Assembly: GCF_902459465.1 (NCBI RefSeq)
Contig: NC_047064.1
Span: 11,470,001 to 11,534,000 of the forward strand
Length of the DNA: 64,000 bases
Source of the DNA: Asterias rubens
Lineage: Eukaryota
Reading direction: 5' to 3'
The notes under the pieces were generated by a model, which was not told the origin of the DNA, did not search any database, and was given only the letters and a program-made list of their open reading frames with translations. Below are positions 41,671 to 52,548 of this stretch, piece after piece; the first letter of the stretch is position 1, and every line of letters begins with the position of its first letter. A program made the translations under genes and the position numbers.

Positions 41671-42868
41671 TTAAATGATAAGCCACAAACTTGTAAAAAA
41701 AAAATGAGGAGAGGGGTCAACTCTTTACATCACATTGACAGTAATCATCATTTATTAGTAACATGATTCCGTGTGGTTTTATTATACTTCTGAACTAAGT
41801 TTTTAGGAATAAATTTGTTTGACACCAATTGCTTCAACTGCACCCAGAAGTTTTAAGGGTCAGTACTGTTTATAAACAAAACGAAATATTATGAAAGTAA
41901 TAATATGTTGCTTTGTGATGAATTAACTTCAGATTGATTACAATGATAACAAATGAAATAAAACATGACAATCAACGTTACATAAGGAAATCTTTTTAGC
42001 AACAACTGTGACCATTTAATAGATCGAAATTTGCATTGGGGATAAAGAATATTTATTTTGGTTTTTACCTATAAATGTATACAGGTACACCGATGTGTGA
42101 CCATGTTTTCATTTTTCGTTTTATTTTTTATTACCAAAAAGAATATGATTATGTACAGTATTAACACTTGATTTTTACATAGTGTTTATGTTATTTATAT
42201 AAACAGGAAGCCTTAACCAACCATGTCCACCTCTCAGCACTTTTTTTTAGAAATGGTGAAATCTATTTATTTGAGATCAAAACAGGGTCAGAATCACAGT
42301 TATTCCATGGGAAAGTTACACATCTTGCTAGATGGGGTTGCATTTAACCAGAGTACTGTCTGTAGTATTGATCCATTTATTGGACTGTTGCCACCATATG
42401 AAAAGCATTATACAATGTAGGCTTGCTTGAGTTATTCAACCTTGTAGTAGTCTTCTTTGCTATGGTTGAATGGCATTGCACAAAAGCCATGAGATCTCCT
42501 CTCTTTTGAGTTGAAAGGTCTTATTAATCCAGTGTATGCAACAGATGGCTGCATTGTGATTGGTTAATGGGTACTTGATGCTACTGCCCCAGGCAAACTA
42601 TGCATCAAAAGCAATATCTCCTAAATTGGGATGTATTGTTTGTGTGGGAGTATATTAGTTAACAATTAAAATATGAGTTAAATTTTTCCATTAGTAAATG
42701 AACCATTAATTTCACAGAATTTAAACTGTTATGTTGGTTTTGCTTTATATTTATTTATTTTTTTCAACATTTTTTATCCTTAATTAAAAAGGTTTTTAAT
42801 TTTCCTTTAGTTTTACACATGTACATATACATGTTTAGTACAGTTTACATGTAGTGTGTATAAAAATG

Positions 42869-43134
42869 NNNNNNNNNNNNNNNNNNNNNNNNNNNNNNNN
42901 NNNNNNNNNNNNNNNNNNNNNNNNNNNNNNNNNNNNNNNNNNNNNNNNNNNNNNNNNNNNNNNNNNNNNNNNNNNNNNNNNNNNNNNNNNNNNNNNNNNN
43001 NNNNNNNNNNNNNNNNNNNNNNNNNNNNNNNNNNNNNNNNNNNNNNNNNNNNNNNNNNNNNNNNNNNNNNNNNNNNNNNNNNNNNNNNNNNNNNNNNNNN
43101 NNNNNNNNNNNNNNNNNNNNNNNNNNNNNNNNNN
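42869..43134. other. Assembly gap (266 N)
   Basis: Run of N. Confidence 1.
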
Positions 43135-44725
43135 CATTGGATAATTAGAGGTTATATATAGATTCACAAGTGTTTTGAAAGTTCAAACAGTAAACAACCA
43201 ATTATTCCAGATAACTTAATGGCATAAGATAGGATATTATGCGTAAGATAGGAGCCAGAAGTTATCCACTCTTACTGAAGAATATTCAACAAACTTTACC
43301 ATGTTGTACAGCACACTATATACGTGCATTTTGAGAAACTAATTAACAATACCAATTTGTTTGGAGTGTAAAGAACATGCGGTGATCAAGCTAGATAAAT
43401 GCAAATGCATCATCTCCCTACAACCACTACTACAGGGACAGCCCCTTCTCATCTCAATGCTTACACTCGCATCACGCAGCGCTCCAACCACACAAAGGGA
43501 ACTCATTATAAACAATACAGACCTTGGTAGTACAAGGTACACTCTTGTGTTATATACTGTAAATGTGTATGTGTGTACAATAGTCATGACATGTGTACTG
43601 TACAACAGCAACACACCTTCTGCATTTGCATTTGATGTTCATACATTTGTAGTGGAATAGATATTGGCACATAATTCAACATGTTGTTTTTGGAGAGTTT
43701 GGCGAATGTGGAAGACTGTATGAGCTGGGTGAGTTGTTGTTTTTATGCTAACTGATGTGTAATATTATAATTGGAAAATATTTCATAACATTTTCAAAAA
43801 ATATTTTGAATTTAACATGATTGACATGGTAAAAGGGGAGTTTGTGGAAGGACAAATTTATAGTAGGCCTACATACATGGTCGTATATTTTGTACGTATT
43901 TTGTATTTTGAGGTAGTTGGCCTACATGTGCACGTATGAAGAAGCACAGTTGATTGGCACATATGGTACAAGTCTATAACACTTAAGCCAGTAGACCACA
44001 GTAGACCATGCATGTTGGGCACGACTTGGGATCCTACATTTACTTACATTGCTTTAATGCTTCAAATCACCTACCGTAACTTTGGGATACACTCAAGACT
44101 TGCACAGTCTGTTAGCTCTTACCTTGATCCTGAAACAATTCCACCCAAACTTGGATCAGGAAGCAATCCACCCATGAAAGTTTGAATGCATGGTGATGTA
44201 CATTACATGTAGGTCAGATCCCATGACCCACCTCGAAGGACAAACCAAAAGGGGTTGAGACCCTGCGTAATATCAATCAGTGCCTAGCGCTGTTGCATTA
44301 AACCAACTTCAAGATTAGGATTCTGTAAGGAGAAAAATGATTGCCAAATATTAGCGGTGTTTTGATGTTGTATTCAGACAACCAGTACTTGTACCATCCT
44401 GTACCAAGGCTACCTGTTAGGCCTGTAATTAAACAAGGATTCTTTTCTCAACTACATGTAGCTTGTATTGCATTGCTCTGCACACAATCATTCTTTACTT
44501 GTTAAACCTTTGAATTCATCTGTTTTTCACCATTTTATCTAAAGTAAAATGTTGCAATACACATATTAATTTTGAAGCCGTAGGATCTACAATTGTTTCC
44601 CTTTAAAACAACAATTTGAATCTTTAATAAACCTTGAACTACCCCCAGTACTCCAAAAGGTTTATTCAAATCATATCTTGTTATAGTCTTGTTCAAAACT
44701 AATATTTTAGTGCTTTCTGGATTAA

Positions 44726-44819
44726 GGATTTGGGTACTTTTTTCAAAATGTCCACAGATTTACATAGCTTACACAGTTTGAAGAGAATGATAGTAGAAAA
44801 CTTCCCTGAAAATATTACT
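44726..44819. mobile_element. Truncated left arm of MITE family C
   Basis: ttaa|ggatttgggtacttttttcaaaatgtccacagattt matches 23069; interrupted at 44822 by another MITE. Confidence 0.75.
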
Positions 44820-45112
44820 GAAGGCCGAGTCACACTGCAGCGATAACGAAAACGATAACGATCATGACGCAAAGAGAACGCATTCTATTGGTTGAATAGC
44901 GGAATGCGCACACGCTCATCCAACCAATGGAATGCGTTCTCTTTGCATTGTTCTGTTGCTCCTGGAGTTTTCTGTATTTCTATTTTCTGTCTTCCGTTTT
45001 TCTTTCTGATATATTTTTTAATGTCATCATAGTTTCTATTTTATTTGTATGAATAAATTAAATTGGGAAGCCGCCATCCTTACCAAGAAATGTCAACCAC
45101 CATCTACAAATC

Positions 45113-45745
45113 TCGGTACATGTGGACCTCAATACATGTGGACCTCAATACATGTGGACCGTGGTGCATGTGGACCGTGGTGCATGTGGACCTCGGTGCA
45201 TGTGGACCTCGGTGCATGTGGACCTCGGTGCATGTGGACCTCGGTGCATGTGAACCTCGGTGCATGTGGACCTCGGTGCATGTGGACCTCGGTACATGTG
45301 GACATCGGTACATGTGGACCTCAATACATGTGGACCTCAATACATGTGGACCTCGGTGCATGTGGACCTCGGTGCATGTGGACCTCGGTGCATGTGGACC
45401 TCAATACATGTGAACCTCAATACATGTGGACCTCAATACATGTGGACCTCAATACATGTGGACCTCGGTACATGTGAACCTCGGTGCATGTGGACCTCGG
45501 TGCATGTGGACCTCAGTGCATGTGGACCTCAATACATGTGGACCTCAATACATGTGGACCTCAATACATGTGGACCTCGGTGCATGTGGACCTCGGTGCA
45601 TGTGGACCTCGGTGCATGTGGACCTCGGTGCATGTGGACCTCTGTGCATGTGGACCTCGGTGCATGTGGACCTCGGTGCATGTGGACCTCGGTACATGTG
45701 AACCTCGGTACATGTGGACCTCAGTGCATGTGGACCTCAGTGCAT
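45113..45745. repeat. 16-bp minisatellite, about 39 units (CATGTGGACCTCGGTG / CATGTGGACCTCAATA)
   Basis: Directly visible; the 16-residue periodicity of the overlapping ORFs equals three 16-bp units. Confidence 0.97.
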
Positions 45746-45851
45746 TACTTCTGTCCTGGGTTTGGCAGTATTCTACACAGTTGTACTTTTTTATGATTTA
45801 TTCTTCTCATTGAAATACAAACTTTATATTTATGATGTTATTTGATTTCAG

Positions 45852-45990
45852 AGTGGAATGCCAGCTCTAACCAGTGATATGGCGACAAGTGGTAGTGCTC
45901 TTTCACCCCATGCTAAATCAGGCGCTCCTTATTACTATGGCCCTCATCACAGACGCAGACCACATGTGCCTGAACATCCCAGTTATGGAG
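45852..45990 (+). CDS. TCF12: E-protein exon D: SGMPALTSDMATSGSALSPHAKSGAPYYYGPHHRRRPHVPEHPSYG(G); first half of NLS
   Basis: Acceptor tttgatttcag, donor GAG|gtaagt; 139 nt, phase 0 to 1; resembles TCF4 [22 protein letters not shown]. Confidence 0.92.
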
Positions 45991-46780
45991 GTAAGTTTGG
46001 AAAGTTATTAAACATTGTAAAGATGATAAACCTAGAGTTTCTGTTATGACATTTGTGATAAGATTCAGCATCAATAAATGGTTCAGCATTCATGTATTAT
46101 GTTAAAAGTATTGTATTAATACATTTGAATTGTATTGATACAACTTTTTTAAGTTTTTAAAGATCAATTCAGCTCATGCTGTGGCAAAAAATTTAATTTA
46201 GGATCAAAGTTTCTGATCCTACATACATGTCACCTTGGGGTAGAAATTGTGCAAAATTGTTTTCCCAGCAACATGTGAACAATTTCCCCCATCAAAAAAA
46301 AATGCTCCCTGCTCTTCCCCAAATATGAAAAATAAAAATAAAATTTGTTGTTTATTACTTGTGGTATAAATAAAAAGATAATAATATAACCCAAAAACAC
46401 ACACAATAATGCTATGACTGATTTTTAAACTGTTTGAATCCAATGCTTTACTGTGTGATTTAAAACATAAACAAATCAAGCTGTTGTTCCTGGAGTTTTC
46501 TGTATTTCTATTTTCTGTCTTCTGTTTTTCTTTCTGATATATTTTTTAATGTCATCATAGTTTCTATTTTATTTGTATGAATAAATTAAATTGGGAAGCC
46601 GCCATCCTTACCAAGAAATGTCAACCACCATCTACAAATCAAAAGGTCCATGAGAAAGAGCCAAACATTACATTATATAGTTCAGAACGTACTTGACAAT
46701 TGGACATAAGAGTAGCTGATGACTTTTGACTTCAAAGAATGTTGAGATTGAGAATTGCTATGTTTACATTATACCTTTAA

Positions 46781-46870
46781 AGGTAGTGGACACGATTGGT
46801 AATTACTCAAAATAATTTTTACCATAAAAACTGACTTGGTTATGAGTAATGGGGAGCTGTTGATCGTGTC
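46781..46870. mobile_element. MITE family A terminal fragment
   Basis: ttaa|aggtagtggacacgattggtaattactcaaaataatt. Confidence 0.75.
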
Positions 46871-47506
46871 TAAATGAAGCAGTTTTGTGGGAATGTTAAC
46901 GTCTTTATGAAAAACTACACAATGTGCGTGACCAATAGTCGGATTCCGCATGAACAAAAATATTATTTTATTGTGTAGTGTAAGATTGGTTCTTTATTTT
47001 GTGTATTTTGTTGAGTTATATTAATGCTTTCTTTTTCAGTGGGTTAGTTAGTGCATGATCATTGGGTATATAATGAGCAATCGTCGATTGAAATGGACAA
47101 ATTTGAAGAACTATTTTTTACTGGCAACTCTGAGTAGTGTTTTGTTTTTTCAAATTGCCGTAGTGCCCTTCGCAACTTTTCATGATTGCCTTCATGCCCT
47201 TTGAAATTGTTGACAATTGCCTTGGTGCCCTTAATTTTTACAAAAAGTAATATAAAAAAAACAAAGTATCTGGGCTGCTTATCATTGTTTTTTGTGATTG
47301 AAAAAAAAGGGGGAAAAATCAAAGAAAATTAATGAATTGAATTGAATTTATTTTACTGATTGGAATAGGCCTACATTTTTTTGGGGGATCAATATTGTGA
47401 ACAGAGATGCAGCTTGACTTCGGGTTTGAAAATGTTAATTTCTTGAACAGCTCATTTCTCCAATCCTGTAATCCATAACTGTTGTAGAGTTGTTTGATTA
47501 AAATAA

Positions 47507-48155
47507 GGGAAAAAAAGAGTAGGCGACGAGTTCTTTAACGGCCGTTAAAACCGGCAGGGTCGTGGCCGTGGGATAATTGCACGGCCATGACCCTGCAAGG
47601 TTTTAAACGGCCGTTTCAGAACGAGTCACTACTCTTTTATTCCCTTTCATAAATGCCCTTATGTTAAAAGCGACATAATTTAACAGGTATAAACCACAGA
47701 CATTGACTCTGTTTTATTTGCGAATTTTTTTGAAATTTGCAAATTTTCAAAAACTTTGGTAAAATTGTTTTTTTGCGCGATGGTTGGTGTGTACATGCAC
47801 ATGTACTAACATTTTATGCGCTGTTAATAATAGCTATGTCAATTGCGTTCCGCGTAATTTAAATTGGCGTACATTAGCTTGCGGGCCCAACACACGAAGC
47901 TTTTCAAATTATCAAAATCTTTTGTCAAAATGTTTTGTGTGCGTCGGGTGGAGGTGTGTACACACATTACGCGATGTTACTAATAGCTATGAATTGCGTC
48001 CCGCGTAAGTTAAGTTCGAGTACATGAGCTTGCGCGCCCAACACGCGAAGCCAGCTGGCCTTAAACAGCTATAGCTGTGTCTTTATCAGCCGTTTAAACA
48101 CCACCACGTGACGCGCTCTCAACCAATAGGAGTAGCGAAACTGGTATTTATGAAT
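47507..48155 (+). mobile_element. Asymmetric terminal-hairpin element
   Basis: Hairpin 47507-47644; tttcataaatgcc foot is inverted relative to ggtatttatgaat (48143); CACGTGAC and CCAAT near the far end; an internal repeat of about 70 bp at about 47830 and 47980. Confidence 0.8.
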
Positions 48156-48569
48156 GTTTGTTAATCAATCAAGCCCAACTTACAGTTGCGTAAGAGGTTG
48201 TTCATAATATGTACCCAGTTTGTCAGTCGACTGACGCTTACCTTCTAGCCTGGATATACGTATATAATATGTATGTACAAATTAATTCACCAATGGTGTT
48301 TTGTACATAAGTCATTTGCTTACAGACAAATGTAATTTAAGACATTTGTGCCCATGTAGCGATCCGCGAAGTGGTGGGTTTGATTCCTAGCCAAGTGATT
48401 TGTCCAGAACACAGGAAGGTATGAACACAGTACTACACCTTAGGGTATTCAGCTCATAAACTAAAATGTCATTGACTAAAAATTGAAAGACTTTTGTGAA
48501 ATTAACTTATAAGGAGGAATCTTCCTTAACTTGTTTGATTTGGTTTCAAAAGGGAGACCATAGCACCCA

Positions 48570-49698
48570 CATGGTACATGTATGTGGTGCGTGCTGTGTA
48601 CATGTGGTGAGAGGTGCGCGCTTGGTGTGTAGTGCGGGGTGTGGTACATGGTTCGTGATGCGGGGTGTTTAGTGTGTGGTGTGAGGTGCTCATTTGGAGT
48701 GTAGTGCGGGTGTGGTATATGATATGTTATGCAGAGTGTGTTGTGTGGTGTGAGGTGCTCACTTGGAGTGTAGTGCGGGGTGTGGTACAATGTATGTGAT
48801 GCGGGGTGTTATGTGTGTGGTGTATGGTGCGTACTGTGTGGTGTACGTTGCTCACTTGGTGTGTAGTACGGGGTGTGGTACATGGTATGTTATGCAGAGT
48901 GTTACGGGTATGGTGTGTGATGTGACTGTGTTGTGTACGGTGCTCACTTGGTGTGAAGTGTAGTGTGTGGTACATGGTATGTGATGCGGAGTGTTTAGTG
49001 TGTTGTGTGTGGTTCGTGCTGTGTGGTGTCGGTGCTCACTTGGTGTGTAGTGCGGTGTGTGGTACATGGTATGTTATGCAGAGTGTTTAGTGTGTGGTGT
49101 GTGGTTCGTGCTGTGTGGTGTCGGTGCTCACTTGGTGTGTAGTGCGGTGTGTGGTACATGGTATGTGATGCAGGGTGTTTAGGGTGTGGTGTATGGTTCG
49201 TGCTGTGTGGTGTCGGTGCTCACTTGGTGTGTAGTGCGGGGTGTGGTACATGGTATGTGATGCGGGGTGTTTAGTGTGTGGTATATGGTTCGTGCTGTGT
49301 GGTGTCGGTGCTCACTTGGTGTGTAGTGCGGTGTGTGGTACATGGTATGTTATGCAGAATGTTTAGTGTGTGGTGTGTGGTTCGTGCTGTGTGGTGTCGG
49401 TGCTCACTTGGTGTGTAGTGCGGTGTGTGGTACATGGTATGTGATGCAGGGTGTTTAGGGTGTGGTGTATGGTTCGTGCTGTGTGGTGTCGGTGCTCACT
49501 TGGTGTGTAGTGCGGGGTGTGGTACATGGTATGTGATGCGGGGTGTTTAGTGTGTGGTATATGGTTCGTGCTGTGTGGTGTCGGTGCTCACTTGGTGTGT
49601 AGTGCGGGGTGTGGTACACGTTATGTTATGCAGAGTGTTAAGTGTATGTTGTGTGGTGCGTGCTGTGTGGTGTGAGGTGCTCACTTGGTGTGTAGTGC
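48570..49698. repeat. G/T-rich 92-bp minisatellite with diverged left units
   Basis: gtgctcacttgg recurs at 49032, 49124, 49216, 49308, 49400, 49492, 49584 and 49676. Confidence 0.95.
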
Positions 49699-49719
49699 TG
49701 TCTCATCCCAATTCCAGAC

Positions 49720-50110
49720 TTTTTATGCACCGTTAAGGTGTATGAGAGATGGATTAAGCTGCCACCATTAGTTATTACTGTATTTGCTAAAGACAAGTCT
49801 GAGATTCCAAGATACATGCACCATGACCAATCATCATCCATGGCATACATCTATGGATTGGGCCTATCGTGTGTGTCACGTCAATACATACTTTTAGTTT
49901 TACTGGATTTTATGGATTTCCTTTAATTTGCCCTTTAAAGTTTCGCAATCTGCCTGTGTCATATCAATTAGGACTGACACTTAATCATTGTTATAAATCT
50001 AAAAGTGTTCAGTATTTTTTCTTCTTGTAATCTCTGTAAAGCGCTGCAGGACCCTTTTGGGGTCAAGGGCACTTTATAAAAGCCGTTTTATTGTTGTAAG
50101 TTTTTTACTA
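49720..50110 (+). mobile_element. Degenerate L2-like LINE 3' end
   Basis: WIKLPPLVI-like peptide (W-N-x-L-P motif), then tgtaaagcgct...cactttataaa and a ttatta tail. Confidence 0.45.
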
Positions 50111-50149
50111 TTATTATTTTTCATCTTGTCATCATTCACAGCGTGCAAA

Positions 50150-50645
50150 AGAAAGATCACATTTCCTTTGTGCTGGTAACTCCTCGACTTTGGTTCCTCA
50201 CTGTTCCCAAAAAGTCCTGCCTTCTGCAACAGCTCTATGCTCACATTTGTCCCTACTTCGTCTGTACAAATTTATGCTAGAATTTGAATGACCCTTTTGG
50301 GGATCCAATAAAGATTAATTGAATTAAGTTGAATATGTGTTTCCAGTGCTTTTGGAATGGTGCCAAGCACTCAAATCACTAAAGGTACTACTTTTAATTT
50401 CACCTGCCAAATCTTACAAAGTTCTCTGGCCAGGTCTTGGTACGTTTGGGTCTTATCCATCTCCTTCGAAGTTACCCTTAAACCTCCCGGCACTGCTGTG
50501 TCTACAAGATGACACATCTTCTTTGTCTTCTCTAAGACTACAACATCCGGACGCCTATGTTCTATTACATGATCAGTCTGAATGTGTAAGTCCCAGAGGA
50601 TCTTGACCTGGTCGGTCCTTGCAACTTTCTCCGGAACTTGGTCGT
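50150..50645 (-). mobile_element. LINE relic encoding a restriction-like endonuclease domain (R4/Dong or NeSL type)
   Basis: Minus frame reads PEKVARTDQVKILWDLHIQTDHVIEHRRPDVVVLEKTKKMCHLVDTAVP...KEMDKTQTYQDLARELCKIWQVKLKVVPLVI*VLGTIPKALE, then after an insert IELLQKAG; PD..D..K RLE motifs. Confidence 0.85.
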
Positions 50646-51384
50646 TATTGTAATTATTACTATTAACATTTGATGGAGGTTTTCGTGCGGCAACGATAAT
50701 CTAAACAACAAAATTACTTACCCAAGTCCAGAAGGTTCTGACAAATAATACCACTCAGAGGCTAGGTTAAGATTTTAAAACTGATGTGAGGTGGTTTAGA
50801 GAAAAAGTGTCCTCAAATTACTACAACTCCCTCCCAAATTACATGTTTAGCTGCATGTGGCCTACATCTATCTAAAATGAATCCACACCGTGCTTAGTAC
50901 ATGATTCAATAAACACTACATACTTAGGCACTCTACCCAAATACAATAAAGAAAGGGATGCTATTACTAGTAATTGGTGAAAACTTCTGGCAACTTATAA
51001 TATCTTGTAAGAGATGTTAAATTTGCATCGGGGATAAAGAATACTCACTGTATAATATCTTTCTTGGTATACTCACTGTATAATATCTTTCTTGGCATTG
51101 AAACATAGCAGCAACATGTCATAAAATCAACCTCCCGACAAGGCGTGATGGGGTTTCACAACAACAAAAAACAAAAAATGCCATGACACTTTCAATAGTT
51201 CTTAGAGCATATGAGGTGTGTAGAATATTTGTTCTGCAAGTTGTAGAACATTGTTAGACAATCTGAAGGATAAGATCTTTATGTAAACATTCTAACTAAA
51301 TTAAGTAATAGTTAATAGATATAAGTTAACTATTTAATGACATATTCAATAAGGTGTTGTTTTATTTTGTTTGCTTATCATTAG

Positions 51385-51425
51385 GACCACATAAAAGAAG
51401 GAAAGGGCCTTCGAGTGGGCTAACG
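51385..51425 (+). CDS. TCF12: E-protein exon E: (G)PHKRRKGPSSGLT; second half of NLS
   Basis: Acceptor ttgcttatcattag, donor ACG|gtaagt; 41 nt, phase 1 to 0; resembles TCF4 KKVRKVPPGLPSS. Confidence 0.88.
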
Positions 51426-52445
51426 GTAAGTAACCAAATAGATGACAATAAGTATCTCATATCCACACCCAATTCACTGTCAAATTGACATCCATGGGCT
51501 AACAACAAGTGTTATGCTCTCCGTTTAAGTTTACTACAATTATTTTGCCTTCCAAATTCCTAACCTTTGTTTTATTTGTTCAGTTATGAAAGACAAAATC
51601 TGTAGTGATTGTTGTCATGACTTTAATTGCCTAGTCACTCCTGTCTTCTGTAGAATGGAACACTCAGTAGTTGAGACACTAATGTATTCACTCTAGCTCT
51701 TGTAGAGTAAAATGAATTAGGGACAAATGAAGCCAATTCCTCTTGAATACTTGGTGTCCTTGTTGTGCCAGATGGGACCCAGTAGCTTACTTCTCAGTCA
51801 GAGAGGACTGTGGCCTATTTTCTAGTAGTCAGCCATACAATCAGTACCCTCAAAGAAAGTCAAGCAAACGACAAAGAATTGCCAGTGTAGATTTGCCAAG
51901 CACAATTTAATCACTGCTAAATTGAAGAGTAGAAAGATGAGGTTATGAGATTGAATTGCTTAAGGCATGTTAGCTGCTCCCATACAGCTTGATGTTACTA
52001 TTGTTTGATACACTTCTCTTCATTCTTAGCAATGACTCAGGACTAGCCATCAGCCTTCTCAGTTAACATCTCCCTTGTTAATTGTCTTATTGCATTTAAC
52101 CATGCCATGAAATCCCATTTTAGCCATAGGATAAGTAAATAATCTTGTCTTCTTAGGACCAATTTTTATAGCCTTGAGTACTATGCAGTTTTAGTCTTTG
52201 AGCAAGAAATACAATATGTAAGTTGCCTTTGGTGGGATTGATATGATATACTTGCAGAATAGTCAGGTGATTGGGTTTTAAAGTAAAGTCTCTATGTACG
52301 TACTATCTATTGCCAAATAAAGCTACACTAGTATATATTCTGATGCTCGCTAAATAAATGGGAATCAATCAGGAATAAGAGTGGATGAAATCCTCAAGTT
52401 TATGTTTTATATTTATTCGTCATTGTGTTCCTTTTTGAATTGTAG

Positions 52446-52548
52446 GTTTATCCACCCAATGGTCAAGATGAGTATCATCATTCAGCAGATCCATCTAGTT
52501 ACCCCTCCCCTAAGCCCCCGGGCATATGTCCTAGTGATTACTTCATTG
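52446..52548 (+). CDS. TCF12: E-protein exon F: [34 protein letters not shown](D)
   Basis: Acceptor tttttgaattgtag, donor TTG|gtaagc; 103 nt, phase 0 to 1; resembles TCF12 [24 protein letters not shown]. Confidence 0.93.

Larger units (their letters stand above)
44953..46640 (+). repeat. 160-bp near-identical direct repeat pair (44953-45112 and 46481-46640) bracketing exon D
   Basis: ctgttgYtcctggagttttctg...ccaccatctacaaatc is present twice, 1528 bp apart, with about 3 differences. Confidence 0.95.

Noticed and set aside
42835-43167. ORFs spanning X residues
   Set aside because: Artefacts of the N gap.
45049-45813. Long Cys/His/Trp-rich ORFs (up to 178 aa) on both strands
   Set aside because: They are translations of the 16-bp minisatellite, which lacks stops; no splice or homology support.
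48476-49736. His/Thr-rich and Val/Cys-rich ORFs
   Set aside because: Translations of the G/T-rich 92-bp array.
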